Source: an uncultured virus (IMG/VR IMGVR_UViG_3300035688_001178) (taxonomy: Duplodnaviria > Heunggongvirae > Uroviricota > Caudoviricetes). Taken from it: a stretch of DNA of 64,000 bases. Below are positions 36,060 to 46,217 of the stretch, one piece after another. Each line of letters begins with the position of its first letter. The first letter of the stretch is position 1. The stretch lies in the IMG/VR virus record IMGVR_UViG_3300035688_001178; one strand, given 5' to 3'. The notes under the pieces were generated by a model that was not told the DNA's origin, did not search any database, and saw nothing but the letters and a program-made list of their open reading frames with translations. A program made the position numbers and the translations under genes.

Positions 36060-39000
36060 TTACTCGCCCTTTCTTATAAGGTTTCGCAACCAGGTAAGGA
36101 AAGGCCAAGTCCAAAGTCTAGGCGTGGGTGAGACGGCTTCGCAGACAGCAACCAAAGTGTGGTTTGCATCCATGACTACCGTAATTGTTGGGTCTAGTCC
36201 TGCAATAACATTGTCGACCAGCCAATGCTTGAAGGTGTACCCTGTGTTTGGCGTAGCGGTTACGGTGAGAGAAGAATTTTTGTCCAATTCGTATGTTCCT
36301 GCTACTGGGTTAGTTTGGCCGTTGATTGCAACTATCGTTAGATACTGCTTCTCTGGTGGCGGAGGCGGTAATGTCTCGAATATAGCATTCAACGAGTGGT
36401 CTGCGTTCATCGTTACATTTATCGGGTTATCAGTTATGGCTTGGCCGTCAAGTGTCCAGTTGGCGAAGCGGTAGCCGTTGTCTGGAATCGGAGCCACATT
36501 TACGATTGTGCCTTCTACATATTCGTAGGTTCCTATCGATGGATGTGTTGTTCCTCCAATGCTTGCGCTGATGAAGAGGGTGTATATTGGTGGTGGAGGA
36601 ATTGCTTCGCATACGGCCACAAGTCCATGGTTTGCATCCATCAGAACCACATATGGCGATGCGGTGCTTACTGATATGTTGTCTAGTAGCCATTCTTTGA
36701 AGCGGTAGCCACTGTTCGGTGTGCAAGTCACTGTTACTGACGTGTTCTTGTCGATTTCGTAGGTTCCCGCAGTTGGGTTCGTTTGTCCATTCACAGACGC
36801 TATCGTTAGATACTGCTTCTCTGGTGGCGGAGGCGGTAATGCCTCAAATATAGCGTTCAACGAATGGTCAGCGTTCATTGTCACATTTATCGGGTTATCA
36901 GTTATGGCTTGGCCGTCAAGTGTCCAGTTGGCGAAGCGGTAGCCGTTGTCTGGAATCGGAGCCACATTTACGATTGTGCCTTCGCCGTACTGATAAGCCC
37001 CTGGAGCAGGACCCGTTGTTCCTCCACTGCCTGCACTAATGAAGAGTGTGTACGTTGGTGGTGGCGGGATTACCTCGAAGACTGCTTGTAATGTCGGGTT
37101 GCCACTCATTATGAAGCTGATTGACTCTGCATTTCCAGAGTCTGTGCCGTTCAAAACCCACCTAGCAAGCCGATAGCCAGAGTTGGGAACTGCTCTCACT
37201 GCAACTGAACTGCCTTCTGCAACGTTATATGAGCCTGGAGCGGGATTCGTTGTCCCTCCTGCATTAGCCGATATAGTGAGAGTGCCATAGGTCGGAGCTA
37301 GTGGGAGATGGTTTACAACTAACTGTCCATTTTGTGCCAGCACTGCAAAGTCATTGTAAAGCAGATATTCATGGGTCCACCCTATGTTGACGTCTGGACC
37401 TGCAATCCAGCACCAAGGCGTGTAGCTTGCACCCCAGTTGTCAAAGACTGTCATGAAGTTGTCGAAGTTTGTCAGAGCCGCCGTTCCATCGAAATTTGAG
37501 TCGCGTGAATCTCCGTGTTGTACGTTGAACTCGCCAACAAGTATTGGTGCAATTTCTTGTGTGAGCGGCAGGTCCCATCCTTTACTCTTAAACCAAGCGT
37601 CAAGTCCCGCTACTGTAGATGGGGGAGATGCTCCGTATCCAGTAACGTATTGATGAACTGTGTAGATTACGTTTGTTGCATAGCCCGTTCTTGCCACATT
37701 CTGAAGCCATTGGTTTCCACTGTTGAAGGCGAGAAGCTCGTTCGCTCCGCCGCCTGAAGGCAGATTGAAACCGTCGATTAGAACGATGTTTTGCGCACCT
37801 GTGTTTCTGATGGCATCTAGACATGATTGTGCAGCGGCTCGCCACGCAGCGAACGTGCCTCCAGGCTCATTGAAAAGCTCGAAGAGTACGTTAGGAGAGT
37901 TTTTGTACCGTTGGGCTATAGCAATCCAAGTGTTGACCCAATCTTGAATGTTTGTAGGTAAACTACCTGAACCTTCGCCCTTATAGTAGTGCATATCCAA
38001 GATTATGTAGAGACCGTGATTTGCTGCAAAGCTTACTAAGTCATCGCAAGTTACAGTATTATCGCTTGAATAGACGTAGTCTGTAGGATCGAGCCAGTTT
38101 TCGTTGATCGCGTACCTGACGCAATTTGCACCTAAAACGTGCATAGCTGCAAAATCACTGTAGGCTGTATGTATTCCCTTTCTATAGTACCAATTATCTC
38201 CTGATGCTGGAACACAGAACCCTTTAAGCACTACCACAGTACCATTTACATCTAGAATATTTCTTCCGCTTGTATGAAGTGCTAGCAGAGTCGTCGGAGG
38301 TGGAACGAAAGTGAACGTTGCCAGAACTTGATTACTATCAACAATATTTGCTGGACTAGATGAATCAATGACTCTACAGAAAAGCGTTACCGTTTGCGCT
38401 ACATCACTTGTTATAGTTACACTTGTGCCTGTTTTACCAGTCAAAGGTGAGCCGTTAGCGTACCACTGTAAACTGTAGGGCGGCGTACCACCTGTGACAG
38501 CTACATTGAAGGTTAGATTTTGTCCGACCTGTGCTGTTTGGCTTGATGGTGATACGCTTGCCTGAAGTACCGCTGGTGGCACAGCTTCCTCGGGTTGTAT
38601 ATACGCATTAGCTGCGACCGTACAATCAATGTAAATCGTGTGATTTGGTTCTGCTCCAAGCCAACCGTTTTCAATTCCTACAGAAAACGAAGTTATTAAT
38701 CCGATGGTTGTGTTGTTACCTGCGCTTACATCTAAGACTTTAGTTCCGCTAAACCAAGCCGAATAATGTCCCGTCACTCCAATTTGAACCATCAACTGTA
38801 GTTCATAAAACGTGTTAGGTAACATTGAGAACGCATTGCTAAGACGATCCATACCTGTTCCGTCTTTCATGTGTAATTTATATAGACCGCCTCCTGCACT
38901 AACTATGCTTAGAATACCAGAATGTCCGTTAGGATTCCAGAATTGAATAATACCGCCTAAATCACCCGTAGTAGGTAATATTGCTGTATTGAAATAAACT

Positions 39001-39203
39001 CGGACGTATAACAGATTAACAGCCGATGCTAAATCATGTATGGCTACGCCGCCACCCCAATTATCGGGACCGGACGTGACAATCAAGCTGTTGATGCCAT
39101 GATGCGCAAGTACAGTCGTAATGCCAATAGTTCCACCAAGGTTTGTGTTAGTTCTCCAAGGTGTTAAACCGTTTTCAAATCCATCTTCTTTAAAGATAGT
39201 CAT
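36060..39203 (-). CDS. multidomain glycoside hydrolase family 5 protein (ConA/LamG-like + Ig + GH5 + InlB-B-like repeats)
   Basis: GANCVRY, ILDMH, FELFNEP, YTVHQY, ILVGEF; about 5 C-terminal P.P.GY.F..W repeats. Confidence 0.88.
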   Translation of the reverse strand: MTIFKEDGFENGLTPWRTNTNLGGTIGITTVLAHHGINSLIVTSGPDNWGGGVAIHDLASAVNLLYVRVYFNTAILPTTGDLGGIIQFWNPNGHSGILSIVSAGGGLYKLHMKDGTGMDRLSNAFSMLPNTFYELQLMVQIGVTGHYSAWFSGTKVLDVSAGNNTTIGLITSFSVGIENGWLGAEPNHTIYIDCTVAANAYIQPEEAVPPAVLQASVSPSSQTAQVGQNLTFNVAVTGGTPPYSLQWYANGSPLTGKTGTSVTITSDVAQTVTLFCRVIDSSSPANIVDSNQVLATFTFVPPPTTLLALHTSGRNILDVNGTVVVLKGFCVPASGDNWYYRKGIHTAYSDFAAMHVLGANCVRYAINENWLDPTDYVYSSDNTVTCDDLVSFAANHGLYIILDMHYYKGEGSGSLPTNIQDWVNTWIAIAQRYKNSPNVLFELFNEPGGTFAAWRAAAQSCLDAIRNTGAQNIVLIDGFNLPSGGGANELLAFNSGNQWLQNVARTGYATNVIYTVHQYVTGYGASPPSTVAGLDAWFKSKGWDLPLTQEIAPILVGEFNVQHGDSRDSNFDGTAALTNFDNFMTVFDNWGASYTPWCWIAGPDVNIGWTHEYLLYNDFAVLAQNGQLVVNHLPLAPTYGTLTISANAGGTTNPAPGSYNVAEGSSVAVRAVPNSGYRLARWVLNGTDSGNAESISFIMSGNPTLQAVFEVIPPPPTYTLFISAGSGGTTGPAPGAYQYGEGTIVNVAPIPDNGYRFANWTLDGQAITDNPINVTMNADHSLNAIFEALPPPPPEKQYLTIASVNGQTNPTAGTYEIDKNTSVTVTCTPNSGYRFKEWLLDNISVSTASPYVVLMDANHGLVAVCEAIPPPPIYTLFISASIGGTTHPSIGTYEYVEGTIVNVAPIPDNGYRFANWTLDGQAITDNPINVTMNADHSLNAIFETLPPPPPEKQYLTIVAINGQTNPVAGTYELDKNSSLTVTATPNTGYTFKHWLVDNVIAGLDPTITVVMDANHTLVAVCEAVSPTPRLWTWPFLTWLRNLIRKGE
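36332..36983. repeat. near-identical ~184-bp intragenic duplication, period 468 bp
   Basis: 36332-36515 vs 36800-36983. Confidence 0.9.
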
Positions 39204-39220
39204 TATTGATTCTCCATTAC

Positions 39221-40159
39221 TTAGATTATCTCAGCCAGTTTAGCGGCAATAGCTATTGTTCCTTTTGGCTTAGGTACTCCTTCACAGTTGATACGTGCGT
39301 CAGCACCAACGACGCAATCAATTATAATTCCTGTGCCTCCTCCCCACGAACCCCAACCCGGAATCGCACCGCACCATATCTTTACTACATTACCTTCAGC
39401 TTCGTTGTCTAAACCAGCCAGATTCAACTGTAAAGTACCATTAATCCACGCTTGTATTATTCCATTGTCGGAAGAACCTGTTTCTTCAAACGCTCTAAGC
39501 TCTACGCAATACCACGTATTAATGACGAAAGCGTATGCAACTTCTATATCTCTACCCCATCCGTCATAATACGCACAAGTCAAAGACTTCACGCCAGCAG
39601 TATCATCAATGCCCAACCAAGCTAAGTATGCTGCTCCATCAATGCCCATAAAGTATCCTTTGTTATTTGAGGGTAGACTAGTAAATCTGACGTACACTCT
39701 TAAATAAAACTCAGGATAAGGACCGAACACGTTTTCTACGTTTGAGTTGGTGCTCCAGTCATTTGCATCCGCACAGAAAGCTCTGAGTGCCCAACTTCCA
39801 TGATGAACGGGCGCCGCTACCACATCTAACGTCCCTGTTGTAGTAGAATTAGACCATCTACCAGCATCTGTTACATCGACTCCACCGCTAAGTTCCCAAT
39901 CAGACACAAATAAAATCGTAAAGTACTTTGTCAGGTAGTTGCGTTCAAACTCGCTGATTCTTGGAAAAATGTGCTTGTGGACGTACTCTTCAAGTTTCTT
40001 CGGGTCTTTCAGAAAACTCGGCGGGATACGGATAGTTAATGGAAACTTCTCGCCACAGTAAGGACATTCGTGTGCGCTTTGCTTAACACTTTTTCGGCAC
40101 TTAGGACAGATGTACTCCCACATAGGAAGTAAACGCAAGAGCCAATAAGGAATATTCAC
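39221..40159 (-). CDS. Zn-ribbon plus ConA/LamG-like protein
   Basis: CPKC..CPYC; HHGxxxL, (L/F)YxRVY, IDC motifs shared with N-terminus of the GH5 protein. Confidence 0.7.
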   Translation of the reverse strand: MNIPYWLLRLLPMWEYICPKCRKSVKQSAHECPYCGEKFPLTIRIPPSFLKDPKKLEEYVHKHIFPRISEFERNYLTKYFTILFVSDWELSGGVDVTDAGRWSNSTTTGTLDVVAAPVHHGSWALRAFCADANDWSTNSNVENVFGPYPEFYLRVYVRFTSLPSNNKGYFMGIDGAAYLAWLGIDDTAGVKSLTCAYYDGWGRDIEVAYAFVINTWYCVELRAFEETGSSDNGIIQAWINGTLQLNLAGLDNEAEGNVVKIWCGAIPGWGSWGGGTGIIIDCVVGADARINCEGVPKPKGTIAIAAKLAEII

Positions 40160-40174
40160 CTTTCACCACATCTC

Positions 40175-40663
40175 CTAAACCGTGAAGAACACTCTCACTC
40201 CAACCTGATAGTCGTTGAAGTTCAAGTTGTTCTGGTCTGCTCTTGCCGCGTCTATTCTGAAGGTGCAGGTTCCGTTTCCTGTAACTGTTGCGTTCACGTT
40301 ATTGTCGCCTATCACAACAGTTCCCATTTCTCTTGTTGCAATAGCTACGGCAAACAAGTCGTCAGCGAAGTTTATAGCATCAACAAACGCTCCACCAGCA
40401 AAGTTGACTTCAATATTCTGAACATCTTGCAACTTATTGGCAATTGTAGCGTGGGTGTTCTCTATTGCCCTGCACATGAACATAACGACTACTCTAGTGA
40501 TAATGGCTCCTGCTGGAATTCCTGCGATAACAACATCAGCACCAGCCAAAGCCAAGTTTGCTTGAAGCGCAGAAGTCAATTGTAGCTCTTCAATAACGTC
40601 TCCCCAAAAATCCATGCTACAAAGAACACGTGGTATAGGCGAAGAAGCCTCTGTTCCTGTCAT
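40175..40663 (-). CDS. putative virion beta-sandwich protein
   Basis: Beta-rich, structural operon. Confidence 0.6.
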   Translation of the reverse strand: MTGTEASSPIPRVLCSMDFWGDVIEELQLTSALQANLALAGADVVIAGIPAGAIITRVVVMFMCRAIENTHATIANKLQDVQNIEVNFAGGAFVDAINFADDLFAVAIATREMGTVVIGDNNVNATVTGNGTCTFRIDAARADQNNLNFNDYQVGVRVFFTV

Positions 40664-40664
40664 C

Positions 40665-41024
40665 CTAGTTCACCGCTATGTAGCTTACGATCTGGCCTGG
40701 TGTCCCTGAAACGTATACCTTGTTCAAATTGTCGATGTTTAGGCTGACTGTGGCTCCTGGTCGAAGTTGATAACGCTGGGTTAAGTTGTTGCCCACGTTG
40801 ACTACTGCGTTTGTGTTCACGCTTTCGATGGTGACGCTTTTGCATGGCGTGGATGCCGCAATCAGTGGAGCGGCTGCTGCCGCCAGTGTCACGTTTCCTT
40901 CCAGTATCACTGTCGGGGTCTGAAGAGCGGTGTCGATTACAGGTATGGCGTCGCTCGGCGGGGTTGTCGGCTGCACACCTACGATTTGGCCTCTATTTTC
41001 TTGGCGAGTTTGTAAGAGAGCCAA
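40665..41024 (-). CDS. putative virion protein
   Basis: V.VG..L.PGA..LNKVYV.G pattern. Confidence 0.6.
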   Translation of the reverse strand: MALLQTRQENRGQIVGVQPTTPPSDAIPVIDTALQTPTVILEGNVTLAAAAAPLIAASTPCKSVTIESVNTNAVVNVGNNLTQRYQLRPGATVSLNIDNLNKVYVSGTPGQIVSYIAVN

Positions 41025-41026
41025 TG

Positions 41027-41689
41027 TTATCTGCCTCGTTTGAGCTCTTCAAGAATGTCTTTTAAGGTTTTTGAGATGTCTTGCTCTGTTTTTCCTTCTC
41101 CTGCTAACACTTTGTCTAACGTGGAAGAATAGGGCAGTAGTCCTAGTCGGCGGATGCTACTGAGGAATGCAGGTTCATCTTTGATTTCCAATACAAACGC
41201 CTGAGCACTCAATAGAGCAGTGGTTTGTGTGCTTCCAACAGCGAGGTATTGTTCAACTGTACATTCACGTGTAATGGGCAGCGGAAATCCTGAGAGTCCT
41301 GGAGACAGCAGGGCAACAACATACCATCCAGCTGTGCTTAGGGGGTTAGGGCGATTGTACATGGTCAGATATCCAACGGGGTCATACTGCACGAAACCAC
41401 TGGTCAACGCAAGCTCTGGGTTTGCCGCCATAGAATGTATTGTGCCGCCTGGCCCTTGCGCGTTTATGATGATGGTTCCGTATGCGTCAGTGGTAAATAG
41501 TACCGCGTTTAGAATCCAGCCTTTCTTGTCTATCTTCACTTTTTGTACTGGGGTGCCTAGGACAATTGGATTGGGAGGTATGGTGTAGAGGTGGTAGTCC
41601 CACCCTTCGATAAGTGGGAGATAATCAAAGAGGCCCAAGGGTCTACACCTTTGCCTTTGTTTGCTCTTTGGCTTTCTGTTCGGCTTCAA
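41027..41689 (-). CDS. putative virion protein
   Basis: Structural operon; start uncertain. Confidence 0.6.
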   Translation of the reverse strand: MKPNRKPKSKQRQRCRPLGLFDYLPLIEGWDYHLYTIPPNPIVLGTPVQKVKIDKKGWILNAVLFTTDAYGTIIINAQGPGGTIHSMAANPELALTSGFVQYDPVGYLTMYNRPNPLSTAGWYVVALLSPGLSGFPLPITRECTVEQYLAVGSTQTTALLSAQAFVLEIKDEPAFLSSIRRLGLLPYSSTLDKVLAGEGKTEQDISKTLKDILEELKRGR

Positions 41690-41769
41690 GCTGCTTTTTA
41701 GCGGCTTCCCTCATCTTACGGACGGTTTCCATGCTTTCTTTAGTGAATATTGCGCTCATTCAGCTCGCC

Positions 41770-42180
41770 TTAGACGTCGTCGTCCCACCATATGACTGTC
41801 AGGTTCAGGCTGCCGCCGTTCACTTGTCCGTAGAGTCCTGTGTTGCCTTCTAACGAGAGAATCGGGTCCTCGACGCTGTGGTGGCCGAGCGGGATCTGCG
41901 GCATGGCTGCAGGCGCAATTTGAACGTCGCTGATCTTCACGGTGTATGTACTATTTACTTCCAGTTTTTGTATGCTGGCTGAACGATGTACTACTGCGTC
42001 TCCCTGAAACAGAAACAGGGTAACGTACCGCATGAATGTGTCTCTTAATCTATTGCCCACACCGAGAGCAACAGGGTACATGTGTTCTTCGCCGGCCAAG
42101 AATATCGGAGTCAATGCTGGAAATATCCAAACGCTTTTAGTTCGAATTCTCTCCCAGATCTCTTCTTTTGTCAGCACCAT
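41770..42180 (-). CDS. putative virion protein
   Basis: Beta-rich; follows capsid candidate. Confidence 0.6.
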   Translation of the reverse strand: MVLTKEEIWERIRTKSVWIFPALTPIFLAGEEHMYPVALGVGNRLRDTFMRYVTLFLFQGDAVVHRSASIQKLEVNSTYTVKISDVQIAPAAMPQIPLGHHSVEDPILSLEGNTGLYGQVNGGSLNLTVIWWDDDV

Positions 42181-42182
42181 AT

Positions 42183-42950
42183 TTACCGCTCTCCTCCAAC
42201 ACTACTTGCTTCGTCAAGTGTCATTGGATTTACTCTCCAGTCTTTCATAGTTTCAGGACCTATCTCTTCGGGTTGATCTCCGAAGCCTACCTTGAGAAAG
42301 CTTGCGTTTGCGCCTTCGTATCGTTTTAGGGCTATGTCGCCTATGAGCCTCGGATGTGAAATTGCTGTGAAAAGCTGCGTCCAGTAGAGCGCGAATAGAA
42401 GGTTCAGGACTGGTCGATGTACCCTCGCCTCGTCCGCATTGAAGTATTCTACGCCTAATTCTCTTGTGGGCTGGATTACGATTTCTTGGAAGTCGGTTGG
42501 TTGCTCGTATGGCGAGTTGAGACCGTTTAACGAGCTTATCCTGTCTCCTGCGGCGGGCCTAATGGGGTCTATGTTTGCGAATTTGCCAGGAATGTCATGT
42601 GCTTCCGGATAGCGGAGGTATGCTTGGATGTACTGTGGTTTAAGGCCGATTGCTCCGTGGTAAAACCAGGGCAGACCCACTCCCGTTGTGCTCTTGAGGT
42701 AGAGTATGCTGTTGGCGAAGTTTCGGGGATCTCTGAAACGCAACTCTGCTTGTGCGCTAAAAGGCAGCATTGCTATGGGGAGGCCGTTTGAGTCAATGAC
42801 TGGATAGGGCTTCCATTGGCATAGTCTTCGTCTGATGACACGACCGAACACGAATCCTTCGCGGAATTCTAGAGCGAATAGATGATTTGGCTGCATGAAC
42901 TTCTTTTCTATGGGAATTATTCCCTTCAAAAGTTCGCTCAAATAGATCAC
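42183..42950 (-). CDS. candidate single-jelly-roll major capsid protein A
   Basis: NSPYEQPTDFQEIVI.P..YFN..PVLNL..Y resembles halopanivirus large MCP pattern (from memory). Confidence 0.45.
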   Translation of the reverse strand: MIYLSELLKGIIPIEKKFMQPNHLFALEFREGFVFGRVIRRRLCQWKPYPVIDSNGLPIAMLPFSAQAELRFRDPRNFANSILYLKSTTGVGLPWFYHGAIGLKPQYIQAYLRYPEAHDIPGKFANIDPIRPAAGDRISSLNGLNSPYEQPTDFQEIVIQPTRELGVEYFNADEARVHRPVLNLLFALYWTQLFTAISHPRLIGDIALKRYEGANASFLKVGFGDQPEEIGPETMKDWRVNPMTLDEASSVGGER

Positions 42951-43042
42951 TGTTAAGGGTTATGCTGTATTGACCATTTAAGCAATATGCTATGAAAGAG
43001 CATATAATCCAAAGTCATATATACTGAATTAGTGAGTATGTC

Positions 43043-43300
43043 TTGATGAGCCTCAAAATTCCCGTCGACATGGATATACTGTCATTCTGCCAGGAAACAG
43101 CAAAAAACAGGTACCAAATTGCCAAACAGCTAGACCTCGACTACACAGTAGCCGTAACACATGTTGACAAGCTCATCGAGATGAACCTGCTTTTTGTTTC
43201 ACGTGAAGGACGGGGAAAGGGGCCTGGAATGGTCCAGTACTTGTTGGTGACGACAAAAGGCGCAGCAATGTTGAGAGGGTACAAGGAAGGATTAAGATGA
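43043..43300 (+). CDS. winged-helix regulator
   Basis: QIAKQLDLDY..HVDKL..YLLVTTKG. Confidence 0.75.
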   Translation: MMSLKIPVDMDILSFCQETAKNRYQIAKQLDLDYTVAVTHVDKLIEMNLLFVSREGRGKGPGMVQYLLVTTKGAAMLRGYKEGLR

Positions 43301-44205
43301 AGGTTGTCATGGTTACCGGAGCAAGCGGATTCGTTGGAACACATGTTGTTAAATACCTTAGAGAGCACGACCTAAAAGTGATCGCTGTTCTGCACGACGA
43401 AGTTGTATGGACAAAATGGCTGCAGGAAAGTCTCGCGGATACGGTGAGAGTAAAAGGCGATGTTCGAGACACACGGTTTGTCATGCGGGTCCTTAACCAG
43501 TATGGCGTAACTGATGTTTTTCACTTGGCAGCCCAAAGTATTGTGAAAAGGGCCTATAAGGACCCCGTGAACACTTTCGCCATCAATATTTTTGGAACAG
43601 TAAGCGTACTAGAAGCATGTAGACAACTGCAAACACCCAAGGTCCTTATACAGGCAAGTGATAAAGTGTACGGAGACAATGTTCAAGCAACCGTCGACTC
43701 GAAGCTTGTTCCAACCGAACCCTATGGAACCAGCAAAGTTTGCGTGGACATGATTGCGCAGACTTATCGTCAAACCTACGGAATGCCGGTTGTAGTAACT
43801 AGACCTTGTAATGTCTACGGTTACGATCCCTGCAATGACCGGATTATCCCTAATACCATCAAAAAATGCATAAAAGGAGAAAAACCTTTCATTTTCAAAG
43901 ATGAAGGTTCCCTGCGCCAGTACGTTTTCGTAGACGATGTTTGCGAAGTATTTCAAGATCTCTTGGAACTTGCAGACTGTGCTCCCATAGTGAATATTGC
44001 TTCCAATACAATTATTAGCCAGCAGGAAGTAGTTCTTGAGATTCTCAAGAGTTTCCCAGAACTCTCAGCTGAGTACATTGAAAAACCTTTCCTTAAAGAA
44101 ATTCACTCGCAGTGTATGGGTGAATTCGTGAAGGCTAAAAAACCGATGTGCTTCTCGGAAGGTATTAAAAAGACTATTGACCAGTTCGTCAAGTACGGTT
44201 GGTGA
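43297..44205 (+). CDS. NAD-dependent nucleotide-sugar epimerase/dehydratase
   Basis: TGASGFVG, FHLAAQ, SDKVYG, PYGTSK, RPCNVYG. Confidence 0.93.
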   Translation: MKVVMVTGASGFVGTHVVKYLREHDLKVIAVLHDEVVWTKWLQESLADTVRVKGDVRDTRFVMRVLNQYGVTDVFHLAAQSIVKRAYKDPVNTFAINIFGTVSVLEACRQLQTPKVLIQASDKVYGDNVQATVDSKLVPTEPYGTSKVCVDMIAQTYRQTYGMPVVVTRPCNVYGYDPCNDRIIPNTIKKCIKGEKPFIFKDEGSLRQYVFVDDVCEVFQDLLELADCAPIVNIASNTIISQQEVVLEILKSFPELSAEYIEKPFLKEIHSQCMGEFVKAKKPMCFSEGIKKTIDQFVKYGW

Positions 44206-44830
44206 AGACATGGACTCAGAGCAGATCGATGGTTGGGATCAAGAAAGCGAGAGGGCATGGAAGAATGACAGCAAAGACCTGGAGTTCCCAGAAAACGTCG
44301 TGAAAGTTCTAAAACACTTGGTTCCTGTGCCTGCTAAAGTTCTTGATTCAGGGTGCGGTATTGGAAAGCACTTGCGGTCTTTCACGAAATTAGGCTACAT
44401 AGCCATGGGCGTAGAACAGTCCAAGGTTGGCGCTGGATACGCGAGACAGCTTAATCCAACAGTGGATATCCTCAATATGCGTATACAGGATCTCATCCTC
44501 AAAAACGTGTTCGACCTCGTTTTTACAAGCGCCGTTCTTCAGCATAGTCTTCACGAAAGGCAAGTGGTGATCTTGCAGAAGTTTTACGAGGCTCTAAAAC
44601 CGAACGGAATATACTTCTGCACAGAAAACACGTTAACGGAGCAGAACGTTAGCGTACATTACAAGAAGACTGCAAGCGGATTCGAACGTCTAGCGTTCAG
44701 TGAAGACGCTTCAGACGGGTACAGCTTCACTGAAAAGGGATGGATAAAATTTCTTGCCGAACAAGGATTCAGGCATATTAAAACTATTTGGCCTTGGCCA
44801 TTCTACTTCTACAGAAAGGTCGAGAAATGA
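44177..44830 (+). CDS. class I SAM-dependent methyltransferase
   Basis: VLDSGCGIG, FDLVF..VLQH, LKPNG; probable start MDSEQ at 44210. Confidence 0.88.
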   Translation: MTSSSSTVGEDMDSEQIDGWDQESERAWKNDSKDLEFPENVVKVLKHLVPVPAKVLDSGCGIGKHLRSFTKLGYIAMGVEQSKVGAGYARQLNPTVDILNMRIQDLILKNVFDLVFTSAVLQHSLHERQVVILQKFYEALKPNGIYFCTENTLTEQNVSVHYKKTASGFERLAFSEDASDGYSFTEKGWIKFLAEQGFRHIKTIWPWPFYFYRKVEK

Positions 44831-45633
44831 TGCAGGACAACATTACAATCGAGACCAGCAGCGAGTGCAACGCGAGATGCATCATCTGCCCCAACGGTCA
44901 GAAAGCACGACCTCACCATCAGATGTCTCTTGAAGAATTTGAGGCAATACTCAGATTCTTTCCAGAACTGAAAACAGTCGTGTTATGCGGCATGTATGAG
45001 CCCCTGCTCGAATCGTTTGGACGTCTAAACAAAATCTTGACGTTAATCGGGAAGGTTCATCCGACAGCTGACGTTACAATTTTTACGAATGGTTCTTTAC
45101 TCACTCAAGAAAAGGGCCTGATGCTCAAGTCGCACCCTAACTTCAGGAATCTCGTAGTCAGCATCCACGGAGCCAGCGAGGAAGTCTACGAGTCAGTAAT
45201 GGGTCTAGACTATCACACAGTTTACACTAACGTGTTAAATTTTCTCGACCTAATAGCCTATGATCCCACAATTCGTGTCAGCGTCAGCTTCGTAAGAACC
45301 AAACAGAACATTCACGAACTCAGCGATTTCCGAAAATTCTGGACTGGAAGAGTCGACAACGTATCCGATTTTGAGTGTATGAATTGGCGAGGCGCTGTCG
45401 ACAAAAATCTAGTGCTCTACGAATTCCCAAAGCATATCAGAGCATGCCCTATGTTCGACCAGCCCTTAGTCATTGACGCCCATGGCAACATAGTTCGATG
45501 TTGCTATGACTTCTCGTTCAATTACGGCCATGTACTACACGGCGGCTATGAAGCGTGGAAGGCCAGAAACAGAGTGTCAGCCACGTATCCAACTGAAGAG
45601 TGTAAGACTTGTTTAGGATGGAGGCATTATTGA
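44788..45633 (+). CDS. radical SAM protein with SPASM/twitch domain
   Basis: CNARCIIC, FTNG, CP..CCYD..CKTC. Confidence 0.9.
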   Translation: MALAILLLQKGREMMQDNITIETSSECNARCIICPNGQKARPHHQMSLEEFEAILRFFPELKTVVLCGMYEPLLESFGRLNKILTLIGKVHPTADVTIFTNGSLLTQEKGLMLKSHPNFRNLVVSIHGASEEVYESVMGLDYHTVYTNVLNFLDLIAYDPTIRVSVSFVRTKQNIHELSDFRKFWTGRVDNVSDFECMNWRGAVDKNLVLYEFPKHIRACPMFDQPLVIDAHGNIVRCCYDFSFNYGHVLHGGYEAWKARNRVSATYPTEECKTCLGWRHY

Positions 45634-45701
45634 ATGGAAACCCACAATATTTATGAATCAGAAGAGTATAAACCGAAGCACAACAAAACAGGTGAATAGC
45701 T

Positions 45702-46217
45702 ATGGTATATGAAATTGACCCCTCAGCAGATGTAACGCACCATGCGTATCAATTAGCCGCGTTAACCTTAAATGCCAAACACGTTGTCGAACTCGGCACT
45801 GGTCAAGGATGGTCCCTGAAGTACTTCCTAGACGCCCTAAAAATAACGGATGGCCGAATCACAAGTATAGACCTAAGACCTGAAGCGCCAGACGTTTCAC
45901 CAACGCTGGAAAGATACAAAAATGAACCAAAAGTCACATTCATGAAAGGCGACTCAGTTGAAATCGGACGGAACTGGAACCAGGGACCAGTAGATATAGT
46001 GCTCTGTGACTCTAACCACTCGAAAGAACACGTGCTGAACGAACTGAATGTGTGGAGCCAATACAGCCCCAAGATAATGTTCGTTCACGACCTCTATCTG
46101 CCCACCGGTGAACTAGCAGAACCCTACTTTGCCTGTGAGGAGTTTGCACGTGTAACAGGGAAAAAATTCGTGATTCTCTTTAACAAGCATCCGGGACAGG
46201 GAGCAATACTATTTTGA
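45702..46217 (+). CDS. SAM methyltransferase (Methyltransf_24-like)
   Basis: VELGTGQG, SID, GDS, DIVLCDSNH, HD. Confidence 0.85.
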   Translation: MVYEIDPSADVTHHAYQLAALTLNAKHVVELGTGQGWSLKYFLDALKITDGRITSIDLRPEAPDVSPTLERYKNEPKVTFMKGDSVEIGRNWNQGPVDIVLCDSNHSKEHVLNELNVWSQYSPKIMFVHDLYLPTGELAEPYFACEEFARVTGKKFVILFNKHPGQGAILF

